64,000 nucleotides of DNA from Nocardioidaceae bacterium (GTDB lineage Bacteria > Actinomycetota > Actinomycetes > Propionibacteriales > Nocardioidaceae): contig JAUJOE010000001.1 in the NCBI GenBank assembly GCA_030447805.1, positions 8,262 to 72,261 on the forward strand, read 5' to 3'. Positions 52,925-64,000 of this stretch are shown piece by piece. The position numbers and the translations under genes were made by a program. Under the pieces are notes generated by a model. The model made no database searches and was not told the DNA's origin. It saw only the letters and a list, made by a program, of their open reading frames with translations. Position 1 is the first letter of the stretch, and every line of letters begins with the position of its first letter.

Positions 52925-53638
52925 TCAGCGGCCACGGGGGGAGGGGCCGCGCATCGCGGATCGGGCCTGCTTCATGCTGGTGGGCATCGGGCCTTTCGGG
53001 ATCGGCACCTGCGGACGCATCGCGTCGAGTGCCTTCAGCCGTTGCAGCAGGTCGGTGACGTCGGCAGGGGCGATGTTGCGTGGCAGCTTCATGATGTGCT
53101 TGGCGACCCTCTTGACCGGGAGAGCGCCGTCGCCGTCCTCGCCCACCACCAGGTCGTAGATCGGCACCTCTCCGACGACGCGCGCGTGCTTCTTCTTCTC
53201 CACGGCCAGCAGGTTGCGCACCCGACCGGGATTGCCCTCCCCGACCAAGATGACACCCGGTCGTCCGACCACTCGGTGCACCAGGTCCTGGTTCTTGGTC
53301 ACCGACACCGCCGGCTGCACCTGCCAGCCACGCTTGAGCACGCTCAACGCGGCGGCGGCAGCACCCGGACGGCCCTCGACCTGGGCGTACGCCGAGTTCT
53401 CCGCGCGGCGTCCGAAGACGACCAAAGCGGCCAGCCAGCCTGACGGAAGGCCGAGCACGACACCGGCGGCCCAGTGGAAGAACCAGCCGACGGGGAGACC
53501 CACGAGCAACCCGACGCCCAGGAACCAGGCCAAGCAGATCAACCCGATGTGTTTGTCGTGCTCCTTGGTCATCCGGTAGGCGGCGCGGAGCTTGCTGAGG
53601 CCGCCCTGCTTCTTCGGCTTGGATGCGTTGCGGGCCAT
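52925..53638 (-). CDS. DUF4191 membrane protein
   Basis: 237 aa: MARNASKPKKQGGLSKLRAAYRMTKEHD, two TM segments, YAQVEGRPGAAAA. Confidence 0.85.
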   Translation of the reverse strand: MARNASKPKKQGGLSKLRAAYRMTKEHDKHIGLICLAWFLGVGLLVGLPVGWFFHWAAGVVLGLPSGWLAALVVFGRRAENSAYAQVEGRPGAAAAALSVLKRGWQVQPAVSVTKNQDLVHRVVGRPGVILVGEGNPGRVRNLLAVEKKKHARVVGEVPIYDLVVGEDGDGALPVKRVAKHIMKLPRNIAPADVTDLLQRLKALDAMRPQVPIPKGPMPTSMKQARSAMRGPSPRGR

Positions 53639-53686
53639 CGGCTGAGATCTACTCTTTCGCGGTCGGGTGGGGCGTCAGTGCTGCGG

Positions 53687-54628
53687 TCAGTGGCTCAGGT
53701 CGGCCGGCCGGCGGGACTCAAGCGCCTGCTGGTACAACCGACCGGCGCGGTACGACGACCGCACCAGGGGTCCGCTCATGACCCCGGCGAAGCCGAGGGC
53801 GGTGGCCTCGTCGCGAAGCTCGACGAACTCCTCGGGCCTCACCCATCGCTCGATCGGGTGATGACGCAGCGAGGGTCGCAAGTACTGCGTGATCGTGACC
53901 AGGTCGGTGCCGACGGCGCGGAGGTCTTCCAGGGCTCCGGTGATCTCTGATCTGGTCTCGCCCATGCCCAAGATGAGGTTGGACTTCGTCACCAGCCCAA
54001 CGCTGTGCGCGGCCTCGATGACCTCCAGGGAGCGCTCGTAGCGAAAGCCGGGCCGGATGCGGCGGAAGATGCGCGGCACTGTCTCGATGTTATGGGCGAA
54101 GACCTCGGGCGCAGCGTCGAAGAGCTGCCCCAGGAAGTCGGGGTTTCCGCTGAAGTCGGGTGCGAGCATCTCCACGCCCACGCCGGGGTTGAGCTGATGG
54201 ATCTGCCGGATCGTCTCGGCGTACAACCAGGCTCCCTCGTCGGGCAGGTCGTCGCGGCAGACGCCGGTCACTGTCGCGTATCGCAGCTGCATCGCCTGCA
54301 CGCTCTCGGCGACCCGCCGCGGCTCGCCGACGTCGAGATCCGCCGGCTTGCCCGTGTCGATCTGGCAGAAGTCACACCGCCGGGTGCACTGGTCTCCACC
54401 GATGAGGAAGGTCGCCTCCCGGTCCTCCCAGCACTCGAAGATGTTGGGGCAGCCGGCCTCCTGGCAGACCGTGTGCAGGCCCTCGGTCTTCACCAGCTTC
54501 TGCAGCTGCTGGTACTCCGGGCCCATCTTCGCGCGGGTCTTGATCCAGGCCGGCTTCTTCTCGATCGGTGTTTCGGAGTTGCGCACCTCCAGGCGCAGCA
54601 TCCGTCGTCCCTCCGCGGCGATCGTCAC
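53687..54628 (-). CDS. lipA: lipoyl synthase
   Basis: 313 aa. Auxiliary cluster [12 protein letters not shown] and radical-SAM CTRRCDFC. Confidence 0.95.
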   Translation of the reverse strand: MTIAAEGRRMLRLEVRNSETPIEKKPAWIKTRAKMGPEYQQLQKLVKTEGLHTVCQEAGCPNIFECWEDREATFLIGGDQCTRRCDFCQIDTGKPADLDVGEPRRVAESVQAMQLRYATVTGVCRDDLPDEGAWLYAETIRQIHQLNPGVGVEMLAPDFSGNPDFLGQLFDAAPEVFAHNIETVPRIFRRIRPGFRYERSLEVIEAAHSVGLVTKSNLILGMGETRSEITGALEDLRAVGTDLVTITQYLRPSLRHHPIERWVRPEEFVELRDEATALGFAGVMSGPLVRSSYRAGRLYQQALESRRPADLSH

Positions 54629-54679
54629 TCGTGCACCGACCAGCCGACGTGGTGGCGCTCCGAGGTCGCGCCGCGCAAC

Positions 54680-55658
54680 TCAGGCAACGATCGATGCAGG
54701 ACGGCGTCGCCAGAACACCAGCATGCGGAACCTGCCGCTCGCCAAGAGCCACCGCTAGCAGGCCGAACACCAGCAGGCCCGACGTATGTGGCGGCGAACT
54801 GCTGGGTGAAGTGGACGATCTGCTGGACGGCAGCCGTCGTAGCAGTCCGAGGGGTAGATCCGGCGTTTGAAGTCGCCGCCGATCCACGCGAACGCGTGGT
54901 TGGAGAACAGCCACTTCTCGCTGCCTCGGCCACACGTTGCGCAGCACGGCCTCACCGGCGATGCCGTAGACAGCAAGCAGGCCGAGCACTGCGGCGGTGT
55001 GCCGCGTCACCATCACGAGGGCATACCCGGCCAGCCCGGCCACGGCGGCGAGCAGCACAGCACGTCCGCCAGCCGCGGCGTAGTCGCCGAGCAGACCCGG
55101 GCGGATCGGCCTGTCCCACACCTTGGCGAAGACCCACATCGCGCCGCTGCCGACTAACAGCACCACCGCCGAGAAGAGGCCGACGCCGACGACTGCCGCG
55201 CCTGCCTTCGCCAACCAGACCTTGCGCCGGTTCGGCTCGAAGAGGAGCTGGGTGCCCATGGAGCCGGAGATGTAGTCGGCACCGACGAACGTCGCCCCGA
55301 TCAGCAGCCCAAGCGCAGCCACAACGCCTGTCATCGAGATCAACCACGGCTTGAACTGCGCCGGCTCGAGCTGGCTGCGGTAGTAGAAGTTGTCGGCGGT
55401 CTGCAGCCAGCGCTGCTCGCAGCGCTCGGTGTTCCCGGTTTTCTCCACGCACTTGGCCAACCGTCGCTGGACAAACGGCTCCTCGTTGTAGCGGTCAATC
55501 TCGCGCTGGAACTGCGCCAGCTCTGCAGCAGATGCCGGCCGGTTCTCGTAGAGCACACCGGCTGCAATCGCGCCGACCGCCAAGGCGCCCAGGACCATCA
55601 TGACGATGACGGCGCGCCGGCTGAAGAGACGCCGTAGCTCCACCCTGAACAGCCTCAT
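54680..55658 (-). CDS. ABC-2-type exporter permease, several frame changes near the C-terminus
   Basis: ATG 55658 (MRLFRVELRRLFSRRAVIVMMVLGALAV). Pieces lie in ORFs 54372..56612, 54755..54976 and 54625..54933. Proposed stop at 54680-54682. Confidence 0.55.
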
Positions 55659-56612
55659 GGCGCGACACCTTCGCGGGTCGGCGTCGGCAGCGAGAGCGCC
55701 GTCGGGGGTGGTCCCGGTGAGTTCCAGGAACACCGACTCGAGGTCGGCCCGGACCGAGGTGAGCTCGCTGACGTACTGGCCGGCGTCGGCGAGCAGCTTG
55801 GTGATGGCGGCGTTGTCGTTGACGCCGTCGACGACCAGGTGGCCGGGTTCGCGCCGTACGGCGTATCCGTGGCCGGTCAGCACCGCCGCGCCCGACTCAA
55901 GGTCGGGGAGGCCGACCTTCACCCCGCTGCCGGACTCGCCGATCACCTCGTCGACGCTGCCGCTGGCCAGCAGCTCGCCGCGGCCGATGATCGACACGTG
56001 GTCACAGACCTGCTGGACCTCCGCGAGGATGTGTGAGCTGAGCATGACAGTCACACCGGAGTCACCCAGTTGCCGGATCATGTCGCGGATCTCGCGGATG
56101 CCAGCTGGGTCGAGACCGTTGGTGGGCTCGTCGAGGATGAGCAGCTGCGGCTGCTTGAGCAGCGTGGCCGCGATCGCCAGCCGTTGCTTCATGCCGAGCG
56201 AGTAGGACTTGAACCGGTCGCCGGAACGGTCGCGCAGTCCCACCTCGTCGAGAACCGTGTCGATGCGGGAATGCGGCACGCCGATGGCGTCGGCGAGCAG
56301 CTCGAGGTTCTTGCGCCCGCTGAAGTTGCCGAAGAACTTCGGCTGCTCGACGATCGCGCCAACCTTGCCCATCACATCGGGCAGGTGCGCGGGCACATCC
56401 TGGCCGAACAGCTGCATGCTCCCACTCGACGCCCGGGCCAGGCCGAGCAGCATGCGGATCGTGGTGGTCTTGCCCGACCCGTTGGGCCCGAGGAAGCCGT
56501 GCACGCCGCCGCGCGGAATGCGCAGCGATAGTGACTTCACCGCCACAACGCTGCTCTGCCGCGTGCGGTACTCCTTGCGCAGGTTCGTCGTCTCGACAAC
56601 CGGTGCGCTCAC
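55655..56612 (-). CDS. ABC transporter ATP-binding protein
   Basis: GTG 56612. Walker A GPNGSGKTT, signature YSLGMKQRL, Walker B LLILDEPTNGLD. Natural stop inferred at the ATGA overlap with the permease start. Confidence 0.85.
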
Positions 56613-56780
56613 GTGTCCCCCCGCTCTTCACCTCGGGCGGCTGGCGGCATGGCTGGTAGGTGCCCGAGGTGATGCACAGGGTAGCCCGAGTCGCCTACTG
56701 ACGTCACCGACGCGCCGGAACCGGCGCCAGCCCGACCCATCGGAGCAGATGGGCGGGGGTCGTCCGTGCCCAGCCACCGG

Positions 56781-57531
56781 TCAGGACCGGTCGTACGGCG
56801 CCCAGCTGAGCAGCTCACCGAGGTGCCGTTCGACCAGCGGAGCGGCTTCTTGCACCGAAACGTCGCGGCCGAGCTCGCGGCTCACCGAGGTCACCTCGGC
56901 ATCGGCGATGCCACACGGGACGATCGCCTCGAAACTGCCCAGGTCGCAGTCGCAGTTGAGCGCCAGGCCGTGCATCGTGACGCCTCGGGACACCCGCACG
57001 CCAATGGCGGCCACCTTGCGCTCGCCGAGTGGTCGCCCCGTACGGCCGAGTGGACCAGCCGGTCATCCCGCATCGCCGAGTGGACCAGCCGGCACCCACA
57101 CGCCGCTGCCGGCCGGGGACCCGGTGAGTGGTGACGCCGAGATCAGCGCAGGTGCGGATCAGCGCCTCCTCGAGGCGGCGGACGTAGTCCACGACGTAGA
57201 CATGGCTGGGGAGCTTGACGATGGGATAGCCAACCAGCTGGCCGGGGCCGTGCCAGGTGATCTTTCCGCCTCGGTCTACCTCGACAACCGGAGTTCCGTC
57301 GACCGGACGGTCCTTCAGTTCGGTGCGCTTGCCGGCTGTGTAGACGGGCGGATGCTCGAGGAACATGACCACGTCATCGATCTGGTCGTCCACGCGCTGA
57401 CGGTGCAGCTCGCGCTGCATCGCCCAGGCGCGCTCATAGTCCACGGCATGCTCGCCGAACCCGGCGTACAGGAACGCCGGCTTCGCAGCGTCGCTCCCGG
57501 CCGGACGCGCCTGGATCGTTGTCACGACCAT
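56781..57531 (-). pseudogene. lipB: octanoyltransferase LipB, disrupted as sequenced (frame change plus in-frame TGA inside a 30-nt tandem repeat)
   Basis: ORF 56815..57531 ([10 protein letters not shown]...[15 protein letters not shown]) and ORF 56781..57014 ([24 protein letters not shown]...IVPCGI). Confidence 0.85.
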
Positions 57532-57607
57532 CCAGCGTACGTCGGCGCGCCTGCAGGCTGTGGATAACCGCAGACGTCTGTCGGCGTCTTGCGCAAGGCT
57601 TGGACAC

Positions 57608-58339
57608 GTGCCGCCCGCTCACGCCGCCCGACGTCCCAACACCACCCCGACCAGCCGAAGGATCCTCGTCGGGTTGGTCGCAGTCGCGCTCCTGTTCGTG
57701 GCGGGGCGCCTCGCGGTCGAGGTGTCAGGGCGAGTCGACACCCCGGACTCGGCCGCAGACGTCGTCCGCAGCGGTCACCGCGACGACGACGTCGGCGTCC
57801 AACGGAGGCCAGCATGTGTTGGCACCGCCACTGCGGCCAGCCGCCTCGTCAACCTCGTCCGGGTCGCTGCCGCCAGCCTCCTCACCGACGCCGCCACGCG
57901 TGTCGCCGCAAGCGCGGCACTGGCAGCGAGTGCTCGATTCACTCGACCGGGTCCGTGCGAGGGCTTGGCGGCAGGCCCGTCCAGATTTGCTGCGGCAGGT
58001 CTACCTTCCCTCGGCTGCGGAGGGCAGCAAGGACCGCTCGATGCTTCGCAAGTACGCCGCTCGGGGGCTGAGTGTTCGACCTTCTGCGGGGGTCAGCCTT
58101 GCGTTTGGCTCGGTCCGGGTGGCTCGTCTTCGGAGACGAAGACACCGTAGCCGCCAGTAGTCTGCGCCCGCGCACCCGGTGTGGTGACGCTGCGCGTTGT
58201 CGACCAGTTGCAGGCGGCCACCGCCGTCGACAAGCAGGGCCGCCGCCTGGAGCTGCCGCGGGACCGTCCCACCCGCCATGTCATCGAGCTGCGCCGCTTT
58301 CGCGGCGGCTGGCGTATCGCTGACGTGCGGCTGCGATAG
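57608..58339 (+). CDS. membrane-anchored hypothetical protein, 2-3 frame changes
   Basis: GTG 57608 with [17 protein letters not shown]. Middle part [36 protein letters not shown]. End [52 protein letters not shown]. Confidence 0.4.
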
Positions 58340-58407
58340 ACCTATAACCGTCGCGGCGAAGTTCGAGGTCGACTGGTCATGGTCGCTCTCGGCGATCAGC
58401 GACCAGG

Positions 58408-59321
58408 TCAGCGCCCGACGTCAGCCAGAGCGGCGTCGAGCTGGGCGCCGATTGTGGGGTGAGAGAACTCGAAGCCCGCCTCCAGCAGCCGGCGAGGCGC
58501 TGCCTTGACGCCGCCGAGGAGGGCTCCGCGACAGCTCGGGTAGCGCCGCTTTGAGTGCCACCGCGGGTACGGGCAGCCGGGTCGGCCGGTGCAACCGCTG
58601 CCCCAGCGCAGCGGTGAACTCCGCGTTCGTCGCCGGCACTGGGGCGACGATGTTGTAGGGACCGCTCATCGACTCGTCGTCGGTGACGATGCCGATCCGG
58701 CTCACTGCAGCCACGTAGTCGGCGAGGGACACGCTGGCGAACCACTGCCGGCCGGAGCCCAGCCGTCCGCCGACTCCCAGCCGGAACGGCAGCAGCAGCG
58801 GCTTCAGCGCACCTCCGGACTGGTCCAGCACCACGCTGGTCCGCAGCACGGCGATCCGCGCGCCGGCGTCAGCAGCGGCTGAGGTTGCGTCCTCCCACTG
58901 CTTCGTCACCTCGGCCATGAAGTCCGATCCGGGACGCGGAATGCTCATCGAGCGGCTCGTCGCCGCGGTCGCTGCCGTAGTAGTTGATGCCGCTGGCGTT
59001 GATCAAGGCGGTGCCGCCACCGGTGGAGGCGATCGTCTGGGCGAGGGTGCGCGTCGTGGCGACGCGGCTGTCGACGATCTGCTGCTTGTACGCCGTCGTC
59101 AACGGCCAGTGGGCCAACGGCGCGCCTGCCAGGTTGATCACCGCGTCAGCTCGGTCGACGACGGACGGGTCCAGGTCGCCGCCGTAGGGGTTCCACCGCA
59201 CCTGGGCCGGCATCGACGGTTCCGAACGCACCAGCTGGGTCACGGAGTGGCCGGCGCGCGCGAGCTGGGCGCGCAACGCCGTACCGAGGAAACCGGACCC
59301 ACCAGCGACAAGGATCTCCAC
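58408..59321 (-). CDS. TIGR01777-type NAD-dependent epimerase/dehydratase (DUF1731 C-terminus), two frame changes
   Basis: GGAGG then GTG 59321: VEILVAGGSGFLGTAL. ORFs 58869..59552 and 58421..58948 plus a third frame (GALLGGVKAAPRRLLEAGFEFSHPTIGAQLDAALADVGR). Confidence 0.8.
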
Positions 59322-59395
59322 GAGGCCATCCTGCCTCCAGTGGGGGCATGTCGATCTACTCCTTGCTCGGGGCCTCGGCTGGCTACGGTCGTGCC

Positions 59396-59927
59396 ATGTC
59401 GATCTACGGTTTCCACCACCGGGTGGTCTGCTACGTGACGAGGACGACGGAGCGCGGTCGCGAGCTCTTGGTCTTCGAGCACGCTGACGACGACCCGCAG
59501 GATCCGTCAGGTGTTCAGGTGCCCGCCGGCGGCATGCTGCCGTACGAGTCACTGGAGGACGCCGCGCTTCGAGAGGTCAAGGAAGAGACCGGCCTCAGCG
59601 GGCTGACGTACGTCGAGCAGGTCGGCTTCGTCGAGCTCGGCCTGTACGACGAGGGCGGGACCGTCGATGTCGAACTTCGTCCACGTGGTCGCCCTACGCG
59701 AGTGCCGGGGTTGTGTGCTGGCTTCCGGATCTCGACGAGTGGGCTCCATGTCGGGCGAGCCTGCCGGGACCGCGGCATCCAGCGATGGGGACGCAACCTG
59801 GAAGCACACCGTCGGCGGCGACGGGGAAGACGCCGGTATGACGTTCGCCTGCTGGTGGGAACCGCTCCCGCTCACCATCGAGATGGCCGGCGGCCAGGCA
59901 GCCTTCCTCGACCGGCTCGGCGCGTGA
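59396..59927 (+). CDS. NUDIX hydrolase, one frame change near 59665
   Basis: NUDIX box [23 protein letters not shown] in ORF 59348..60544. The C-terminus lies in ORF 59667..59927. Confidence 0.75.
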
Positions 59928-62065
59928 TCAAGGCGACCGCCTCGCTGCTTGACCCCCAGCTCGGACTCGAAGTTCGCCTCTTCCAGACGCTGCTTGATGG
60001 CGGTCAGGAAGCGGGCGGCGTCGGCGCCGTCGACGAGCCGGTGGTCGTAGGTGAGCGCCAGGTAGACCATCTGGCGCACCGCGATCGTCTCGCCGAGGTT
60101 GGGGTCGTCGATCACGACAGGACGCTTCACCACCGTTCCCGTGCCGAGGATGCCCACCTGCGGTTGGTTGATGATCGGGGTGTCGAACAGGGCTCCGCGG
60201 CTGCCGGTGTTGGTCAGCGTGAAGGTGCCGCCGGACAGTTCATCGGGCGTCACCTTGTTGTCGCGGGTCCGGGCGGCGAGGTCGGCGATCTTGCGCGCCA
60301 GCCCCGCGATCGAGAGGTCACCCGCGTCCTTGATCACCGGGACAAGGAGCCCGCGTTCGGTGTCGACGGCGATACCGAGGTGCTCACCGTCGTGGTAGGT
60401 GACCTCACCGGCCTCGGTGTCGATGGAGGCGTTGACCTGTGGGTAGGACTTGAGCGCGTCGACAGCAGCCTTGGCGAAGAACGGCAAGAAGGAAAGCTTG
60501 ACGCCCTCCCGCTGTTCGAAGCCGCTCTTGACCCGCTCCCGTAGCCTCGAGATCGCCGTTACGTCGACCTCGACCACCGTGGTGAGCTGGGCGGAGGTCT
60601 GCAGGGACTCGACCATCCGGGCGGCAATGACCTTCCGCAGTCGGCTCAGCTTCTCGGTGGTGCCCCGAAGCGGACTCGGCGCAGCCGCAGGGGTGGACGG
60701 GGCCGAAGAGTCGGACGCCGTGGCTGCGGCGGGGGTAGGGACTGGTTCCTTGGCTTTCTCTGCGGCCGCGAGCACGTCTTGCTTGCGAATCCGGCCACCA
60801 ACGCCGCTGCCGCTGAGGTTGGCCAGGTCGACGTTGTGCTGCGCCGCCAACTTGCGCACCAGCGGGGTGACGTAGCTCTTCCCGTCGCCTGAGTCGCCGG
60901 CCCCGTCAGCCGAGGCGGCCGGTTGCCACGGCGCCTCCTGCGTGGCTGGGCCGTTGGCTTCCGGAGTCGTCTGGGGCGATGGGAGCGCCTCGGCTTGCGG
61001 CTGCGGCTCCGCTTGGATGTCTTCGGACTCCGGAGGCGCCGCTGACTCGGCTGGCGGCGAGGCCGGTGCGTCCTGACCCTCCGGCTGGCGGTCGTCGGGT
61101 GACGGGGGTGCTCCGGAAGCCACGCCAGCCAGGTCCCCAGGCTGGTCGTCGCCGGCCTCGGCGTCCGCTGTCAACCGGGCTGCCGGCTCGCTCGCGTCCT
61201 GCGCGCCGTCCCCGCCCGTCGAGCGCTCGGCGTCACTGGAGTCGGCGGGCGCACCTGAGCCGGCTGGCGCAGCTGAGCCGGAGCCGATCAGTGCCAGCAC
61301 CGCGCCCACCTCGACTGTCTCGTCTTCGCCCACTCGGATCTCCAGCAGCTTCCCGGCCACCGGAGAGGGGATTTCGGTGTCGACCTTGTCGGTTGACACC
61401 TCGAGAAGCGGCTCGTCAACGGACACGTCGTCGCCCACCGACTTCAGCCATGACGTCACCGTGCCCTCGGTGACGCTCTCGCCGAGCGCCGGAAGGGTGA
61501 CCTCGCTGGCGTCGCCTCCACCGGAGCCATTGCCGGTACCATCGCCGGTGTCGGCGGGCTGAGCGTCGGCCCGCGCTGCCGGCGCCTGCTCTGAGGGAGC
61601 CGCGTCCGTTGCGCCCTCGTCGGTCTCAGGAGTACTCGGGGCTGCACCGGGCGATGACTCCTGGGTCGCGTCACCGGCTGTGGCAGCGGCATCCCCGCCA
61701 GACTCATCCGAATCGTCACCCCCGCCACCGGCCCCGTCGGTCGCAGGCGTGGATGCTGGCTCGGCCTCGTCGGCGCTGCCCTCCGCGGAGGCACCGGCGC
61801 CGTCGGACGACGTACCCGCGGAGTCGTCGGCTGCCCCGATGACGGCCAGTACGGCGCCGACCTCGACCGTGTCGTCCTCTTGGGCCTTGATCTCCAGCAG
61901 CGTGCCGGCCGCCGGGGAGGGGATCTCGGTGTCGACCTTGTCGGTGGACACCTCCAGCAGCGGCTCATCCACGGCGACCTCGTCTCCCACCGACTTGAGC
62001 CACGAGGTGACGGTGCCTTCGGTGACGCTTTCACCGAGCGCCGGGAGGGTAACTTCAGTCGCCAT
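59928..62065 (-). CDS. sucB: dihydrolipoamide acyltransferase E2 with two lipoyl domains (DlaT/SucB)
   Basis: Two copies of [24 protein letters not shown]...[12 protein letters not shown], a PSBD ([16 protein letters not shown]), and a catalytic domain ([16 protein letters not shown]). End set at 59928; see findings for the missing stop. Confidence 0.9.
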
Positions 62066-62139
62066 GTCGGTCGAGGTCCTCTTGTCATCGGAAGCGATCG
62101 CTGCGTCGTACGCCGGTGGGCTCAGCCTACGACGGATGC

Positions 62140-63519
62140 TCAGGTGTGCGCGTGCAACGGTTTGCCGGCCAACGCCAGGTGAGCCTCGCCCAGCGCCTCG
62201 TTCTGGGTGGGGTGCATGTGCACCAGTGAGGCGACGTCAGACGGGAACGCCTCCCAGTTGTAGATGAGCTGCGCCTCACCGATCAGCTCACCAACGCCGG
62301 CGCCGACCATGTGCACACCGACGACCGGCCCGTCCTTCTCCCGGACCAACTTGACGAACCCCTGCGTCTTGAGGATCTGGCTTCTGCCGTTGCCGCCGAG
62401 GTCATAGGTCAGCGTCTCGATGGCGTCTGCGCCGTACCGCTCAGTTGCGACCGGCTCGCTCAGGCCGACCGACGCGACTTCGGGGTCGCAGTAGGTCACC
62501 CGCGGAATACCGGCCTCGTTGATCACCGACGGCGCGAGACCCGCGATCTCCTCGGCGACGAAGATGCCGTGCTGGAACCCGCGGTGCGCCAGTTGCATGC
62601 CCGGGACGATGTCGCCGACGGCGAAGACGCCGTCGAGGTTGGTGCGCAGCCGGTCGTTCGTGAGCACGAAGCCGCGGTCCATCTCGATCCCCTGGTCCTC
62701 GTAGCCCAGCCCGCCCGTGTAGGGGCCGCGGCCCACCGCGACCAACAGAACGTCGGCTTCGTAGTCGTCGCCCGGCTCGACGCTGACCCGCACCCCCTTG
62801 TCGGTGTGCTCGACGCTGCTGAACGACGTACCGGTGAGGAAGCGGATGCCGCGTTTGCGGAAGGCCCGCTCCACCGCCTTCGAGCTGGCCGGGTCCTCGG
62901 CCGCCACGAGCCGCGGCAGCGCCTCGACGATCGTCACGTCGGCTCCGAACGACCGCCAGGCCGAGGCGAACTCGACGCCGATCACGCCACCGCCCAGGAT
63001 CACCGCACGTTCCGGCACCGCCGTGAGCTGCAACGCCTCCTCGCTGGTGAGCACCCGCTCGCCGTCGATCTCGAGCCCCGGCAGCGACTTGGCGTACGAG
63101 CCGGACGCCAGCACGAGGTGGCGACCCTCGTACCGGGTGCCCGCCACCTCCACGGTGCGCGGGCCGACCAGCTTCCCACTCCCGCTGATGACGGTGATCC
63201 CGCGGCCGGAGATCAGCCCCTGCAGGCCCTTGTAGAGCCGACCCACCACGCCGTCCTTGTACGCGTTCACCTTCTCCAAATCGACTTCCTGGAGCGTCGC
63301 GAGCACTCCCACCTGCTCGGACTCGCGTACGGCGTCGGCGACCTCGCCGGCGTGCAGCAGCGCCTTGGTGGGGATGCAGCCGCGGTGCAGGCAGGTGCCA
63401 CCGACCTTGTCCTTCTCGACCAGCGCCACGCTCAGGCCGAGCTGCGCGGCACGCAGCGCGCAGGCATACCCTCCGCTGCCGCCGCCAAGGATGACGACGT
63501 CGAACTGGGTGTCTGACAC
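62140..63519 (-). CDS. lpdA: dihydrolipoyl dehydrogenase (E3)
   Basis: 459 aa, uninterrupted. FAD site [11 protein letters not shown] and redox-active [13 protein letters not shown]. Confidence 0.95.
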   Translation of the reverse strand: MSDTQFDVVILGGGSGGYACALRAAQLGLSVALVEKDKVGGTCLHRGCIPTKALLHAGEVADAVRESEQVGVLATLQEVDLEKVNAYKDGVVGRLYKGLQGLISGRGITVISGSGKLVGPRTVEVAGTRYEGRHLVLASGSYAKSLPGLEIDGERVLTSEEALQLTAVPERAVILGGGVIGVEFASAWRSFGADVTIVEALPRLVAAEDPASSKAVERAFRKRGIRFLTGTSFSSVEHTDKGVRVSVEPGDDYEADVLLVAVGRGPYTGGLGYEDQGIEMDRGFVLTNDRLRTNLDGVFAVGDIVPGMQLAHRGFQHGIFVAEEIAGLAPSVINEAGIPRVTYCDPEVASVGLSEPVATERYGADAIETLTYDLGGNGRSQILKTQGFVKLVREKDGPVVGVHMVGAGVGELIGEAQLIYNWEAFPSDVASLVHMHPTQNEALGEAHLALAGKPLHAHT

Positions 63520-63599
63520 GGTTCCTCCGAGAGCTCAGGGTCGGGCGTACGTCGACCGGCGCAGCCATCTTCCCATCCGCCGCGCGACGGCTCCCCACC

Positions 63600-63652
63600 G
63601 ATTCGTCCGACCCAGTGCGCGGTGGTTCGCGCGTGGCGCAGTCGGACGAATC
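63600..63652. promoter_or_regulatory. 12-bp perfect inverted repeat in the lpdA divergent intergenic region
   Basis: GATTCGTCCGAC-29 nt-GTCGGACGAATC. Confidence 0.4.
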
Positions 63653-63695
63653 GCAAAGAGGGGCGGCGCATCGGCGATACTGGCCTCAGGCTCGA

Positions 63696-64000
63696 ATGAG
63701 AGGACCTGCATTGCGTTTCCTGAAACGGAGAAGTCGGCCCGGCACCTTGCGGGCCGCCGAGTCCGCCGACGCGCAGTACCTGAAGGAATGGGTCAAGACC
63801 CGCTCCGGGATCGAGGGGTTCGTCGAGCCGCGCACGGCCGTGACCGACACCACGATGCTGCTGGTCGCAAAGGACGGCGAGTGGACCCGGCGCCGAGTTC
63901 CCTCAGTCGAGTGGGCCCACCGCTTCGCCAACGAGCTGGGCATCCCCAGCTACGACGCCGCCGTGGTCGGGTACCCGGACCGGATGCGGGCGTGGAACCG
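63696..64000 (+). CDS. conserved hypothetical protein, N-terminal part (runs off the window end)
   Basis: Own translation: MRGPALRFLKRRSRPGTLRAAESADAQYLKEWVKTRSGIEGFVEPRTAVTDTTMLLVAKDGEWTRRRVPS... The antisense ORF 63686..63943 is judged spurious. Confidence 0.5.
   Translation, partial: MRGPALRFLKRRSRPGTLRAAESADAQYLKEWVKTRSGIEGFVEPRTAVTDTTMLLVAKDGEWTRRRVPSVEWAHRFANELGIPSYDAAVVGYPDRMRAWN

Noticed and set aside
59549-59927. C-terminal 130 residues of the E2 ORF
   Set aside because: It is antisense to a recognisable NUDIX gene and unlike any E2 tail. It is explained by a missing stop or shifted frame.

Overview
Very GC-rich actinobacterial chromosomal segment; the taxon cannot be fixed by eye. 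From memory, the backbone is colinear with the M. tuberculosis Rv2246-Rv2215 neighbourhood. In order it carries: the fatty-acid synthesis operon (PucR-type FasR/MabR-like regulator, fabD, fabH, acpP, start of KAS II), aceE, DUF3052, ahpE, tRNA-Val, Nif3, a zinc-ribbon protein, RNase H plus CobC-type phosphatase, an RNB nuclease, an ECF sigma locus, rnpB, topoisomerase IB, dps, map, panB, nadE, glnA2, glnE, whiB-like, a sortase locus, glnA, RDD, DUF4191, lipA, an ABC exporter, lipB, E2 (dlaT/sucB) and lpdA. An accessory island of about 8-10 kb follows tRNA-Val. It holds a lipoprotein, two overlapping tyrosine recombinases, an ISL3 element with inverted repeats and an 8-bp target duplication, and an ECF sigma gene split by an IS1380-family element. 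It also holds a MazE-like antitoxin, an AAA+ ATPase and vapBC. No rRNA and no CRISPR array are present. Many conserved genes are interrupted by 1-nt frame changes, often at short homopolymer runs, so most pseudogene-like calls may be sequence-quality artefacts. The shifts are strongly clustered, however: aceE needs about 8. I did not find a clear multi-gene novel system. The most unusual observations are these:
- two single-ORF DUF559-like cassettes, each bracketed by 37-62 nt imperfect direct repeats with internal palindromes;
- a FabD with a C-terminal biotinyl/lipoyl-like domain lacking the modifiable Lys;
- an apparently oversized RNase P RNA (about 580 nt);
- a 30-nt tandem repeat carrying an in-frame stop in lipB;
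- a conserved-loop hairpin motif present twice with compensatory stem changes;
- a textbook GlnR double box upstream of glnA.
Coordinates of trimmed starts were derived by hand and may be off by a few nt.
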